From the human T2T-CHM13v2.0 reference genome, Homo sapiens, in assembly GCF_009914755.1 (NCBI RefSeq), contig NC_060939.1: a stretch of 64,000 bases of DNA. One strand, given 5' to 3'. Shown here one piece after another: positions 1-13,900 of this stretch (positions are counted from its first letter, which is position 1; each line of letters opens with the position of its first letter). The notes below the pieces were generated by a model, which was not told the origin of the DNA, ran no database searches, and worked only from the letters and a program-made list of their open reading frames with translations. The translations under genes and the position numbers were made by a program.

Positions 1-244
1 TAAGTCATACCACGTAGAGGTGAAATCTCATCTGGTGCTAGATAAGACCTTAGAAAGATCTTATTTAGCCTCAAATAAGTACATGGGCAAAGGAAGAAAC
101 TAGAAGAGAATGGTGTATAAATCCAAGTTTCAATTTCTGAATTTCAAAAAAAACACCATAAACAAAATTAAAATGAGACAAAAACCCGGGGGGTGGGGAG
201 GGGATGGGAATATATACAGCAGTACATATGAAAAACAAAATGTC

Positions 245-536
<292 letters not shown>

Positions 537-836
537 ATATTAGTATCTTTCCTATATTGACAAGCTCTTAGAGTCCTCATCTTTTAGAGCTACATGCTGA
601 AATATTTACGGATGAAATGAAACATCTGGCATTTGCTTTAAAATATGGTGGGGGGGAGCAAATGAGTAGGTGCACAGATTAAACAATTGGTCATAATTTC
701 CTAACTGTTAAAGCTGACCTATGGGTACAGGAAGGTCCATTATACAATTATGCCTAGATTTGCATATGTTCACATTTTTTTGTGTTTAAAAATAAAGCTC
801 TTGAAAATCAATACAAAAGATTAACACCTTAACTTA

Positions 837-1409
<573 letters not shown>

Positions 1410-2025
1410 TTATTCACTGCAGGTGGGAGTTAGAATGGTGTATTTCTGCAGGCTAAGTTTGTGGTATGCATCACAAGCTTTAAGAACATCCATACCTTTA
1501 ACCCAATATCTCCATTTCAAGAAGTTATGCAGAAACCACCAAATGCACAAAGACATGCAAGAACATTCATCACAGTGTTATTTATATTAGTGAAATTTTA
1601 GAAATGCAGATGTCACAAATTATAGGTTAACCAAATAAGCTGTGATACCAACACTAGAATGCTGTCCAGTCATTAAAACAGTTTTGAAAAGGAATAATCA
1701 TGACATAAAGTTAAAAGGTATAATATAAAATATATCCTGGAAAAGTATGTTAGAAAGATACACACCAAAACACTAATAAAATATCTTCAAGTGGTGAGAA
1801 GGTAGATGATTTTTATTTCCTTCTTTATAGTATGGTATATTTTTCCTTTATACAATAAACATGTATTGCATTTATAGTCACAAAACAGCCCCACATTTTA
1901 AGTGTTTTTGTAATTAGGCTGCTTAAAAATCCAACTATTTTGAAAACTTAATCAAAGTGTTCATACTCTAAGAGATTCAGGAAACCAAGTAATTGTGTGA
2001 TTACTAATTTTAAAAAGCATACAAG

Positions 2026-2357
2026 GGCCGGGTGCAGTGGCTCACACCTGTAATCCCAGCACTATGGGAGGCCGAGGCAGGCAGATCGCCTGATATCAGA
2101 AGCTTGAGATCAGCCTGAGCCAACATGGTGAAACCACATCTCTACTAAAGATACAAAAAAATTAGTCGGGTGTGGTGGCGCATGCTTGTAATCCCAGCTA
2201 GAGAGGCTGAGGCAGGAGAATCCCTTGAACTTGGGAGGCAGAGGTTGCAGTGAGCAGAGGTTGCAGTGAGCAGAGGTTGCAGCAAGCTGAGATCGCGCCA
2301 CTGCACTCCAGCCTGGGCAACAGATTGAGTCTCTGTCTTAAAAACAAAAACAAAAAT
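2026..2357 (+). mobile_element. Alu (AluS) with internal 16-bp triplication
   Basis: Alu dimer; GCAGAGGTTGCAGTGA repeated at 2238-2285. Confidence 0.92.
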
Positions 2358-2371
2358 AGTCTTTCTCTCTC

Positions 2372-2503
2372 TTTTTTTTTTTTTAATAGAGATGGGGTTT
2401 CGCCATATTCCCAGGCTGGTCTCGAACTCATGAGCTCAGGTGATCCACTGGCCTCGGCTTCCCAAAGTGCTGAGATTACAGGTGTGAGCCGCTGTACCCA
2501 GCC
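2372..2503 (-). mobile_element. Alu left monomer / FLAM
   Basis: Poly-T followed by the reverse complement of an Alu left arm. Confidence 0.85.
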
Positions 2504-2659
2504 TTAAAAAAATACATACAATAACCTCTATACCTGGGGAACTATCAGGAAGGATAAATACTGCTAAAGATTAGAAACAAAAAGTCATTCCTAAATAATA
2601 CATATACGTTAAATAACATCTTATTAGGTATACATGTATTTTTAAGGTTTAAAATACTT

Positions 2660-2756
2660 AGCTTATGCCTGTAATCCCAGCTACCTGGGAGGCCAAGGCA
2701 GGAAGACTACTCGAGCCCAGGGGCAGCACAGCAAGACCCCGTCTCAAATAAATAAA
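2660..2756 (+). mobile_element. Short Alu monomer fragment
   Basis: gcctgtaatcccagctac...agcaagaccccgtctcaaataaataaa. Confidence 0.75.
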
Positions 2757-4467
2757 CTTTTGAGAGGGGGTAAATATTAAAACAAAATCTTATCTGGAGA
2801 AATTCAGATATTAAACTTAAATATATCACTGTACTATGCGGTATTCTGAAAAAGATAGTATATTAGAAACTTTCTAGACCATGGACAATTTCAGATGCTG
2901 AATTTCATAGGTCCTCAGAGATTAATCAAGTAATTAGCATACAAAATTAATGGTATCACTGAATCATATTAAAGATTATTTAGAAAGATTCAGGAAAGTT
3001 CCTGTCTACCTGAAATTGAATTCACATGCATTTCCATAGGTCCATGTGGGCATATTTTATATGATGAGGCCAGAACAAGGTATTGGAAAGACAACTCAAG
3101 GCAGACATAGGTTCTGCCTTTGTGAAACATCCTGAGCCACACCAAATCTCCTGTCCCAAGGGTCGGCCACAGCACTGACAAACCCAGGGTCCCTGTCAGC
3201 ATTCTCTCCCCTCCTCTCTGAGCACCGACATATTGGGCATACTCCCTCCTGGGGCTCAGCGATGCTGGAATTTCTCCCTCCCTGTCATCTTTGCTGGCTC
3301 CCATTTCATAACTGGGCCTATTACCTAGGGCTCCAGCATCTGCCCTCCTCTCTCCACTGCTTCTTTGTGCACCCGAGACTGCAGCTACTGCCCCTGTGAG
3401 GCTGATGGTCAAGTCTAGAGCATCGATCTTGACTGCTCAAGATGCCCAGGCCTCCTGGTTCTCTTCCTGCAACCTGTCCTCATTTGCAACCCCCTCCCCG
3501 GGCTTCCCTGGCCCAGCTATTCTCTCCTTCACAGCCCCCTCGACAATCTTTCTGCTCTCAGTCCCTCCCTGCCTGCCTTACCATCTGCAAGCAAGCCAAC
3601 CCTCTCAGGTGAAATCCAAATCAACAGTCACAACACACTTCCAACGTCCACCAACTACTCAAGAATAATTAAACAAGTAGCTAATAAATAAAAAATTACC
3701 CAGTAATGAAGAATTCTAGGTCTTCACAGTATCTCCAAGCACATCTCAACGCCTCCGACAGCACACCTCAGCTGCCAGCAGGCAGACTCCTGGCTATCTT
3801 GCTAGTATATCACACTTACTCCTGCCCCTAAGTATTCTCTCCTGAAGTCTCCCTTTCCCTGGCTTTCTACATATAACCCTGTCACTAGGTCGACTTCCCC
3901 CACCACCACATATACTAATCTAGACATCAGGAAAGTGGGTGTGTTGATTTCAGATTAAAATAGGTCCTTTTCAGTCAATCTTCACACTTTAGACAGACTA
4001 CTGAATTCCTGGCCAAGCCGGATCTCCTCTGTTAAGACAGAGCTGTTGGAATAACCACTTCCACCTGACCTCTGTTAAAACCGGAGATGAACACAAGGGC
4101 TGTCTGACATCAAGTCTCTCTCTTGTGGGCACAAGGTACCCTACACAGAAACTCACCTCCCAGCACAGCCAGGAGACATGCTGCCTCGCCTCTGGCATTT
4201 AAACACAGTGACCACAGAATGTCTCTCCTGGGCCAGGATGTGTATTAACTCAAATCACATCAACCATTTTCTGTCAGAAATACAGTACCACATCCTAAAA
4301 AATTCAAGAGTCTCATAAAAACATGTCACTGTGATCAGGCTAATAGTTGAAAAAGCCTTCAAAATGACCTATTGTCAAAATTCCCTATTTCTGGCCAGAA
4401 GTGACAAGGAACAAAGAGTCCCTATCACCAACCCCACTGGGATTTACTTCATAGACTAATGTCTTAC

Positions 4468-4560
4468 TTGGGAATGATTACTTGAGGTCTCGATTTTCTC
4501 CTGCGTCTTGTCTTTGGCTATCTTGGCAGCTTCTTTCACCTCCTGGAATTTCTCTGCAAA
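4468..4560 (-). CDS. HOMER2: HOMER2 coding exon 4 (93 bp), end of EVH1 helix and linker
   Basis: Read by eye, as it is too short for the ORF track: [36 protein letters not shown] acceptor, CAA/GTAAGA donor. Confidence 0.96.
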
Positions 4561-5928
4561 CTGAACATGAAGAATAGTTATTAAGGCTTTTATTAACCTC
4601 ACTCATGGCTGGTATTCAGAACCCACCTTTATTTATTTTGCATCCATTTTAGGCCCATACATTCTGTATAAATCCAGAAGAATTTTATTTGCTATTAAAT
4701 GAATATAAGGATGTATATTCCAGTAAACAGCACTGGGCAAGGTCAGTTCTGAACCCATATCTAAGCTACTGAAGCTAGTTTGATGATGATGTATTAAAAA
4801 CAAACTAATACAAAAATGGCAAATGAAATTTGGCTATACCACAAAAGAAATCCACGGAAAACTTCATAATCCATACCGAAAAGATCCAAAACCTCTTAGT
4901 GTCATTTTTTTCTAGATGAATACTAAGTATTTAGGAGTGAAATGTCTTGATGCTTATAGTTTAAATACTTCAAAAACAATAAAAGAGATGAAGAAATGTG
5001 GTAAAATGTTAACAACTGTTAAATCTAGGTAATGTGTATATGGGTGTTCATTATACTATGCCCTCCACTTTTTATTAATATCTTAATAGTTCCATAATAA
5101 AACAGTTCTTCAAGTCCTGGGACAATCATATCACCCATTAGCTTATTGCCACTAACAAGGTGGCCAATTTTAATTAGCAAATTCATTGTTTGAACAGAGA
5201 ATAGCCTGTGATAATGGTGGTATTACAAAGTAAGAGCTAAATATGGTTGCAGACAAAACAAAAACTAGCAAGTTGCAAGGCTATCACCAATTCTGCAGGT
5301 TTTATTGAGAACTCATTTATTTCTGAGCACAGGCTATCCTCTGAGTATCTTCACAATGCCGACAACAGTGGTCTACTTTAGGAAACCTTGCCAGATAACA
5401 GATGTAGGTGAACCCAGCACCCTAGGGTAAGCAGTAAAGGTCAGTCTTTCTGTTCTGGCCTGTGTTGCAGGCCCTGTGAGTAAAGCCACAGCTGGGGAGG
5501 CTTCATATTTAACTATTGCAATGCTGGCAGAGGAAAATCACATTACCTGTTGCTTAAAACACGAGGTCCAGCAGGGATGCACAAAGCCTCCCTCACCTTT
5601 TCTTTTTGGGGACCTCTTAAGGAAAAACATCATTATCATGAACTCCTTTGTGGCAGGGTCCACATCTTTCCTCTCTGCACCCTCCTCCCACACCTGGCAG
5701 AAAGCAGGGACAGTACAAATAAGTTTGTTCAGTGAATGAACGAGTTTTAGGCTTGCACAGCCCTGTCCACTTTAGGAAAAAAAAATCATGTAAAAGACTT
5801 GGTTCTGGTCTTCAAAGGAGCTCCAAGTGTATCTAAGAAAAAGATTTTGTTTACATTCAAACATGTGAGAATCAAAAAGAAAATTTCAGACAGTAAGCTT
5901 AAAATATAATGAGATAGGATAAGCCCTA

Positions 5929-7211
5929 TGATATGGTTTGGCTGTGTCCCCGAGCTTTGGCAGGATCCTCATGCTGTGTGCAGTCTACAGACTTGGTGAC
6001 CTGCATCCCAGCAGCTCCAGCTGTGACTAGGAGGGGCCAAGGGACAGCTCGGGCCATGGCTTCAAAGGGTGCAAGCCCAAAGCCTTGGCAGCTTCCACAT
6101 GGCGTTGGGCCTGCAGGTACACAGAAGTCAAGAATTGAGGTTTGGGAACCTCTGCCTAGATTTCAGAGGATGTATGGAAACGTCTGTATGTCCAGGCAGA
6201 AGTTTGCTGCAGGGGTGGGGCTCTCATGGAGAACTCTGCTAGGGCAGTGCAGAAGGGAAATGTGGGGTCAAAGTCCCCCACAGAGTCCCTACTGGGGCAC
6301 TGTCTAGTGGAGCTGTGAGAAGAGGGCCACCATCCTCCAGACCCCAGAATGGTAGATCAACTGACAGTTTGCACCGTGTGCCTGGGTAAAGCCACAGACA
6401 TTCAATGCCAGCCCGTGAAAGCAGCCAGGAGGGAGCCTGTACCCTGCAAAGCCACAGGAGCAGAGCTGCCCAAGACCATGGGAGCCCACCTCTTGCATCA
6501 GTGTGACCTGGATGTGAGACATGGATTAAAAGGAGATCATTTTGCAACTTTAAGATTTGACTGCCCTGCTGGATTTTGGACTTGCATGGGGCCTGTAGCC
6601 CCTTTGTTTTGGTCAATTTCTCCCATTTGGAATAGGTGTATTTACCCAATGCCTCTACCCCCATTGTACCTAGGAAGTAACTTGTTTTTTATTTTACTGG
6701 CTCATAGGCAGAAGGGACTTGCCTTGTCTCAGATGAGACCGGACTGTGGACTTTTGAGTTAATGCTGAAATGAGTTAAGACCTTGGGAGACTGTTGGGAA
6801 GGCATGACTGGTTTTGAAATGTGATGACATGAGATTTGGGAGGGGATGGAAAGATATGGTTTGACTCTGTGTCCCCAACCAAATCTCATCTTGAATTGTA
6901 ACTCCCACAATTCCCACATGTCATGGGAAGAACCTGGTGGGAGTAACTGAATCATCGGGGCGGGTCTCTCCTGTGCTGTTCTTATGATAGTGAATAAGTC
7001 TCAGGAGATCTGATGGTTTTAAAAATGAGAGTTTCCTCCCATAAGCTCTTTTCTCTCATCTCCTGCCATGTGAGACATGCTCTCCACCTTCCGCCATGAT
7101 TGTGAGGCCTTCCCAGCCACGTGGAACTGTAAGTCCAATAAGCCTGTTTCTTTTGTAAATTGCCCAGTCTTGAGTATATCTTTATCAGCAGCGTGAAAAT
7201 GGACTAATATA
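5929..7211 (+). mobile_element. THE1 (ERVL-MaLR) provirus: 23-bp 5' LTR stub, partial internal region, full 3' LTR (6852-7211)
   Basis: LTR start TGATATGGTTTGGCTGTGTCCCC at 5929, repeated at 6852. Ends AATGGACTAATATA. 5-bp TSD CCCTA at 5924-5928 and 7212-7216. Confidence 0.88.
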
Positions 7212-8396
7212 CCCTATCAGATACATTTTAAATAAATAATCATTTTTAAAGGTGTGGTATTAGTAGATGCATGATGGAACAGAACAAACAGGTGAGAAAT
7301 GGGCCTCAACTTTTATATAAAAAATTAGCTTATGACTAAGGGGGAAACAGAAATTAATGAGGAAGATTATTCAACATATAATTGAGATAACTTTAGTAAA
7401 TTGAGAGAAATGAATTTAAATCCCACAAACCTGTAGCATGATAAATTATTGATGAGTTAAAGGGGCAAGAAAAAGAAAATCAAACTTTAAAAAATCAGGA
7501 TGCTTCTGAAGAAAAAAAAATTCTGGATGCAAACAGAACTGAGCATGTATCAAGCTTCTGCTTGAGAGGTGGGTGGATAATTTTCTAAACTTGGAAGAAA
7601 TTTCTTAAAACCCACAAAAGTGACAGACTTCACTACATAATAATTTAAAGCTTTTGAATATAAAAGGAAAAAAAAAAAAAACTAAACCAGAAGGGAAACA
7701 ACAGCCTTGGGAAAATATCTACAGCTAAGCTAGTACAACAGAAAAAGGGCTATTTTCTTTAGTATGGCAAGAGTTTGTACAAACTGAAAAGTATGACAAG
7801 CCCAGTAAATAAATGGCAAAATTCAGGAATAAAAAATGCAGTAACAGCTTATAGAAAACACCATTCAGCCTTGTTGGAAATGTAAATCAAAATAACGAGG
7901 TACCATTGTTTGCCTGTGAAATGAGCAAACACTAAAGACAATTAGATTCCCTGTGCTGGCAAGATATTTCTGGTAGTGTTGTGTATTGGTGCAGCCCCAC
8001 TGAGAAACTATTTGGAAATATGTCTTGTTAGTGAAAAAAACATTCATACCTACTGACCCAGTGATACTGCTTCTGGGAAACCATTCTGCCAAAATAATTG
8101 AGAATATGGGGGGAAAAAAGGCCCTCAATACCAAGATGTTAATTCCAGCATTGTCTACAAATATGGAACACTGGAAACAACCCAGTGGGCCCTAGGAGAA
8201 TGATAGAGAGAAACTTCCTCTCAAAGCCTCCAACTAGCAGAAGAAAACTGCCAGTCATGAGAGCCGCCTAGTAATTGTCCTTTGGTGAAAAATCGCCTCC
8301 CTCCAAGTCTTGCATTTTCTAATATTTCCCCCTTATTCTTAAAAAAATATATATATATGCTTGTAAATTTGGAAAATACAATTTAGAAAAAAATAT

Positions 8397-8771
8397 TTTT
8401 TTCATATGATTGTTGGCTGCATGTATGTCTTCTTTTGAAAAGTGTCTGTTCATGTCCTTTGCCCACTTTTTAATGGTTTTTTTATTGTTGTTGTTGTAAA
8501 TTTAAGTTCCTTATAGATGCTGGATATTAGACCTTTGCCAGATGCACAGTTTGCAAAAATGTTCTCCCATTCTGTAGGTTGTCTGTTTACTCTTTTGATA
8601 GTCTCTTTTGCTGTACAGAAGCTCTTTAGGTTAATTAGATCCCATTTGTCACTTATAAGTAGGAGCTAAATGATGAGAACACATGGACATATAGAGAAGA
8701 ACAACACACACAGAAGCCTACTGGAGGGTGGAGGGTGGAGGGTAGGAGGAGGGAGATGATCTGGAAAAATA
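8397..8771. mobile_element. Short 5'-inverted older primate L1 (L1PA/PB-type) fragment
   Basis: 8397-8650 is reverse-strand ORF2 sequence, similar to 24000-24260 of the L1HS. 8651-8771 is forward-strand ORF2 end and 3'UTR start. Confidence 0.75.
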
Positions 8772-8783
8772 TATATTTTTTAA

Positions 8784-9194
<411 letters not shown>

Positions 9195-9231
9195 TATATA
9201 TATATATATATATTTAGACCTACAGTCCCAT

Positions 9232-9616
9232 TGAGGTAGGAGGCAGGACTCAACTCTGGACTAGACGGAAGACTGGTTAATGGGCTCACCAGAGCCATGA
9301 CAGTTTACTCATTCCCTGGCAATGACCTAGAAGTTACCACACTTTTTTTGGAAATGTTTGAATAACCTGCCCCTTAATTTGCATGTAATTAAAAGTAGGT
9401 ATAAATGCGACCACAGAACTGCCGCATAGCTGCTCCTCTCGACACACTGCCTACAGGGTATCCCTGCTTTGCAGGAGCAGCCACAGGGCTGTAACACTGC
9501 CACCTCAATAAAGCTGTTTTCTTCTACCACCAACTCACCCCATAATTCCCTCCCAGGCAAAGCCAAGAACCTTCCCAGGTGGAGCCCCAATTTATGAGCT
9601 CCCCTGCCCTGCAACA
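9232..9616 (+). mobile_element. ERV1-class solo LTR (MER4 group; MER66/LTR15-like, family uncertain)
   Basis: TG...CA ends, 4-bp TSD CCAT (9228-9231, 9617-9620), internal ATTTGCAT, TATAAA and AATAAA. Confidence 0.78.
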
Positions 9617-9795
9617 CCATCATCCAAGATAAGAACAAACCACATAATCTTCTGATATTTTTCTGTCTGTATATTTGCATTCATTACCTACATTTCTTTT
9701 AAAATAGATTATATATCTCATTTTATGGCCTCTTTTGAAATAAACAATATGATATTAATACTTCCATGCAATTATATGATTTTCTACTAAACATC

Positions 9796-10153
<358 letters not shown>

Positions 10154-10489
10154 TAACCAATTTCCTAGTACTGGATGTTAGGGCTTTTAAATTTTTTTTA
10201 TGTTATAAATGATGCTGCAATCTTTGTACTGATATCCTTATACTCAGTTACAATTGTTTCCTTAGAATAGATTCTTGTCAATGAAATCCATGGATCAAAG
10301 GATATTCAAATTGCAAAGGTTTCCGAAATGTATTGCAAAATTCTCACATCTTCATTAAGGTCATTTTTTGGTACTTATTAAAATTGTGGTAATAATTTTA
10401 AACAAAATCATTATCATGATAGAAAATGAAACCATTACTGTTTGATTTCATTTGTGGCTTCTTTTGGCCTTAGCCATTGAAGACCTGAA

Positions 10490-10983
10490 GCAAACACTAC
10501 TGTTTGTTTATTCAAAATCTGTTTCTTTTCCCGTAGCTTAACAGAGTCTCAAGTTTTTCTGGAGCAGGAAATTTCCTAGGTGCTAGAGAATGAAAGCTAG
10601 TCTAAGCCAATCATGGAAATCCGTTTCCCTGGTTTTTGGTGGGGTAGGGGAATGGGCTAGGGACCCAGCATTGATAATGGGGCCCCAGAAGTCTGCCAGG
10701 GGGGTTGCTGTGGTACCAGCCTCTTCCTCCTCCCTCTCGCCAAGAATGCAGGTGTGATGGGTAGAGCTTTAGAAGCCATCTTATCACCACAAAGGAAAGG
10801 CCGATAAAAGAAAAAAGAAACAAATGAAATCCATGCAGATTGTCAGACCCAACATCATGGAGCCACTGTACTAGCAACCACCTGCCTCAGGACTTCTTCA
10901 CATGAGAGGAAATTATCCCATGTATTTAAGCACGGTGATTAGGTTACCTGTTACTTGCAGCCAAAAGCTTTCTACCTAAAACA
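10490..10983 (+). mobile_element. Old ERVL-type LTR remnant (LTR16/33-like)
   Basis: 3' end gttacttgcagccaaaagc resembles ERVL LTR termini; boundaries approximate. Confidence 0.45.
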
Positions 10984-13900
10984 TGTCAAAATAATTATTA
11001 ATATCCTCCATTTTAAACATTAGCTGTTAAATCAGGACCCAGAAAGGGAGGAGATAAAACAATGTTCTTACGATACTGAGTGAATAAAGTGACTACATGG
11101 GGACAAATTTGAATTACAGATGAAATCACTGAAGTGGGTCAAAAGCAAATGCCATGCACGTATCGGGGTTTGGCCAGATCAACCATGGTGCACTGGCAAC
11201 GCCATCCTGGGTCGCTCCCCATTAAGGGCAGAATATGTTTCCTTCTGCCTGTAATGAATAAGATGGAACCAAACTTAGAACAGTGACAACTCGAGGTCAA
11301 ATGCCAGAAAGAAACTAAACTTTAACCACTGGCTCATTCTTATATTTGTTCCTCCTTCTGTCTCCTTTCATAAGCTCTTCCTTTTATCAGCACATGCAAG
11401 TGCCTTTTCAATTTCCTTCAGTAGGCTGGGGTTTTATGTCCTCTCCAGTGGGTGGACAGACGAGTCCCAGTTTACTTCTGAGAAAACACAGCTTCTACTA
11501 TTTTTGGACAGCCTATCTAAAGAGCAGGAAATTGCCCTGTAATAATACTTTTTGGACTGTGGTTGGGAAATAGTCCTTATAATGGAGCAGTTAAGACCAA
11601 GGCATCTATTTTCTTTCTGGGGGGTAGAGAGGGAAGTATGTATAAAGTGTTCTTAGATGAAAATGTCCACACTGGTGTTCCTTTCTCTAGCCTAGTTATA
11701 GTGCTTGATTACCATTTCCCTACAGGGCTGTGGGTGGTTGCTCTGGGAAGTCAGGAATACTCAGCCTGGCTGTCCCCTCAGCACACGCCTTGGGAGCCCT
11801 GGAGGCCAAGTTCCTCTGTGCTAGCTAACTGTCACTTGTTGAGATGGCCAGACTCACTTCATGATAATTTATCAGCGTGTGGTTAATCATTTCCTTCAGA
11901 GAGCAGGGGAAGAAGTTGATTTGAAACATTTGGACAAAGGGGTTATCTGAGGGCTTCTCTGACAAGTCTTTGTGACGATGGAGGTTGTGGGCACCGAGCA
12001 GAACTCCAGCACTGCACCAGAGGCTGAGTGGCTTGGCAGGACGGTGCACTCCTCCTTAATGATAGGACATTTTCTTCTGTCTGGGAAAAATTAGATGTGG
12101 CCATCCCTGGAAGCCAGCACAGCTCAAGGTCTCTTCAGTTCTCAGAGAGGCACAGAGCATTTAACTTGGACAATGTGTTCTGGTTTTCGTGGGGAGTTCT
12201 TGCTGTCGATTCTTTTCATAGAAACCTTCCCCCCTTTCTACCTAGCTGCTTGGGTTCCTTTAAAGATTGAAGAAATTGTTCCAGGCAGCTGTGAGTGATT
12301 CTCTCAAACCATCCTTGGCTTCAGGGAAGAACTTCCAGCCCTGGGAGGGAACAGGAGCACATGACCAGGACGGGCCTGCCAGGGATCACGTCTTGGACAG
12401 AAGCTCCCAAGCCTATTTGCCAGGATATGAGGCAGGTGTGGGAAGGGGCCACTCGGCTGAGGGGAAGGGAGTTCCCAACACACCCTTCCTCACCAAGGAC
12501 CACTTCAGGAGGGAAAGACATACACCCCCATTACCCCCTCAGACAGAGGTTCCAGCTAATTATTCTTTCAACAAGTCACCATCTCATTTGCTTCTGCTTT
12601 AAACAAATTCTCTCTGCTCCTCACAGCACCTGTTCCTGTTCCTCTTCCCCATTTCAGAAAACGGCCTCACCACCCTCCATCCCTCATCACCCCAGAATCT
12701 CTTCTTCCTCTTCTATTCACCCCAGTTTTGCCAATATTTGTGCCTCGGTATTTTTAAAATTTCTCCAACTCTTAACCCTTCATCAGTTCTACCCTGGACT
12801 AAAACAATCTAATCTGACTTGCTGCCAGAAAAAATTCTACCTAAAATGCATCTGAGCATTTTCCTTCTGGTCTTAAAATCCTTCTCAGGCCATAGGACAA
12901 AGTCCAGAAGCTCTGGCATGACCAATAAAGCCTTCCACGACTGGACCTTAGCAGCCTTACCCACCCGAAAATCCTGGACACTCCATCAACAGTGAACTCT
13001 CCACAGCTTCCCTCACACACCTCACAGTGCCACGACTTCCCTCCAGCTATCCTGTTGTCGGGCAGACGACGGAAAAGGGAAATCTTCCCTGTGGACAAAC
13101 CCCGAACATCTCATGGTGCCACATGCACAGCAGAGGTGGCCTGGATTTGACATCTCAGTGGGAATGGTTAAGGGCCTAGCTGCATGAGGAGGAACCGGGA
13201 AGAAACAAGGTGACAAAGAGGTTTGAGCAACAGCAACATCAATGGGTCCAAATGGAACCAGAGCCTGAAAATACTCATGTTCCATATGCATGCTCTTCAG
13301 AGGCCTTTACAGCAAAACAGAATATTTCAAACTAGGTGGCAGGAGGGGCTGTTCTATGGATACCCAGTCATTCACTTTCTCCAGGCAGCCTGGTACTTGC
13401 TCAAAAGACTTAAGGACACACTGGCCATGGTGCCAGGGAAAAAGGCACCAAATGGCCTTGAAAACACATACTCCTGCTCTCCACAGCCACCCTGACTCCC
13501 GGCCCTGCTGAGCATCCTACTGTCAACACAGTGACCCACGCCAAGCATCACACCTCTAGGCACCAGCCAGCTCCCTGGTGAAGGCTGATTCCACTGGGCC
13601 CCTTATTCCAGGGGAAGAGTGATTTATCATCACCAGAATAGATACTGTGGACCGCCATGCCTCTGCCAGCCCTATCAGCCAAAGATTTACCCAATACTTT
13701 CTGTCCCACATGACACTGCTTCAAACCAAGTGAGGCTGCAGAGAACTCACTTCTCTGCATATGAAGTGAAGCAACAGTGATTGCCATAGGATTCTCAGCT
13801 CCTCCCAGGTACCGTATCAGCCAGAAGTGGCAGGCCTTGCAGAACTGTGCTGCACTCGTGCCTGCTGAACATCCAGGATCACAGCACACAAGCCCAGGAA

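Noticed and set aside
5933-6955. Cluster of overlapping ORFs up to 141 aa
   Set aside because: THE1 internal and LTR sequence; degenerate, with no intact retroviral domain.
11860-12150. Possible CR1/L3 reverse-transcriptase remnant
   Set aside because: Resemblance is too faint to support without a profile search.
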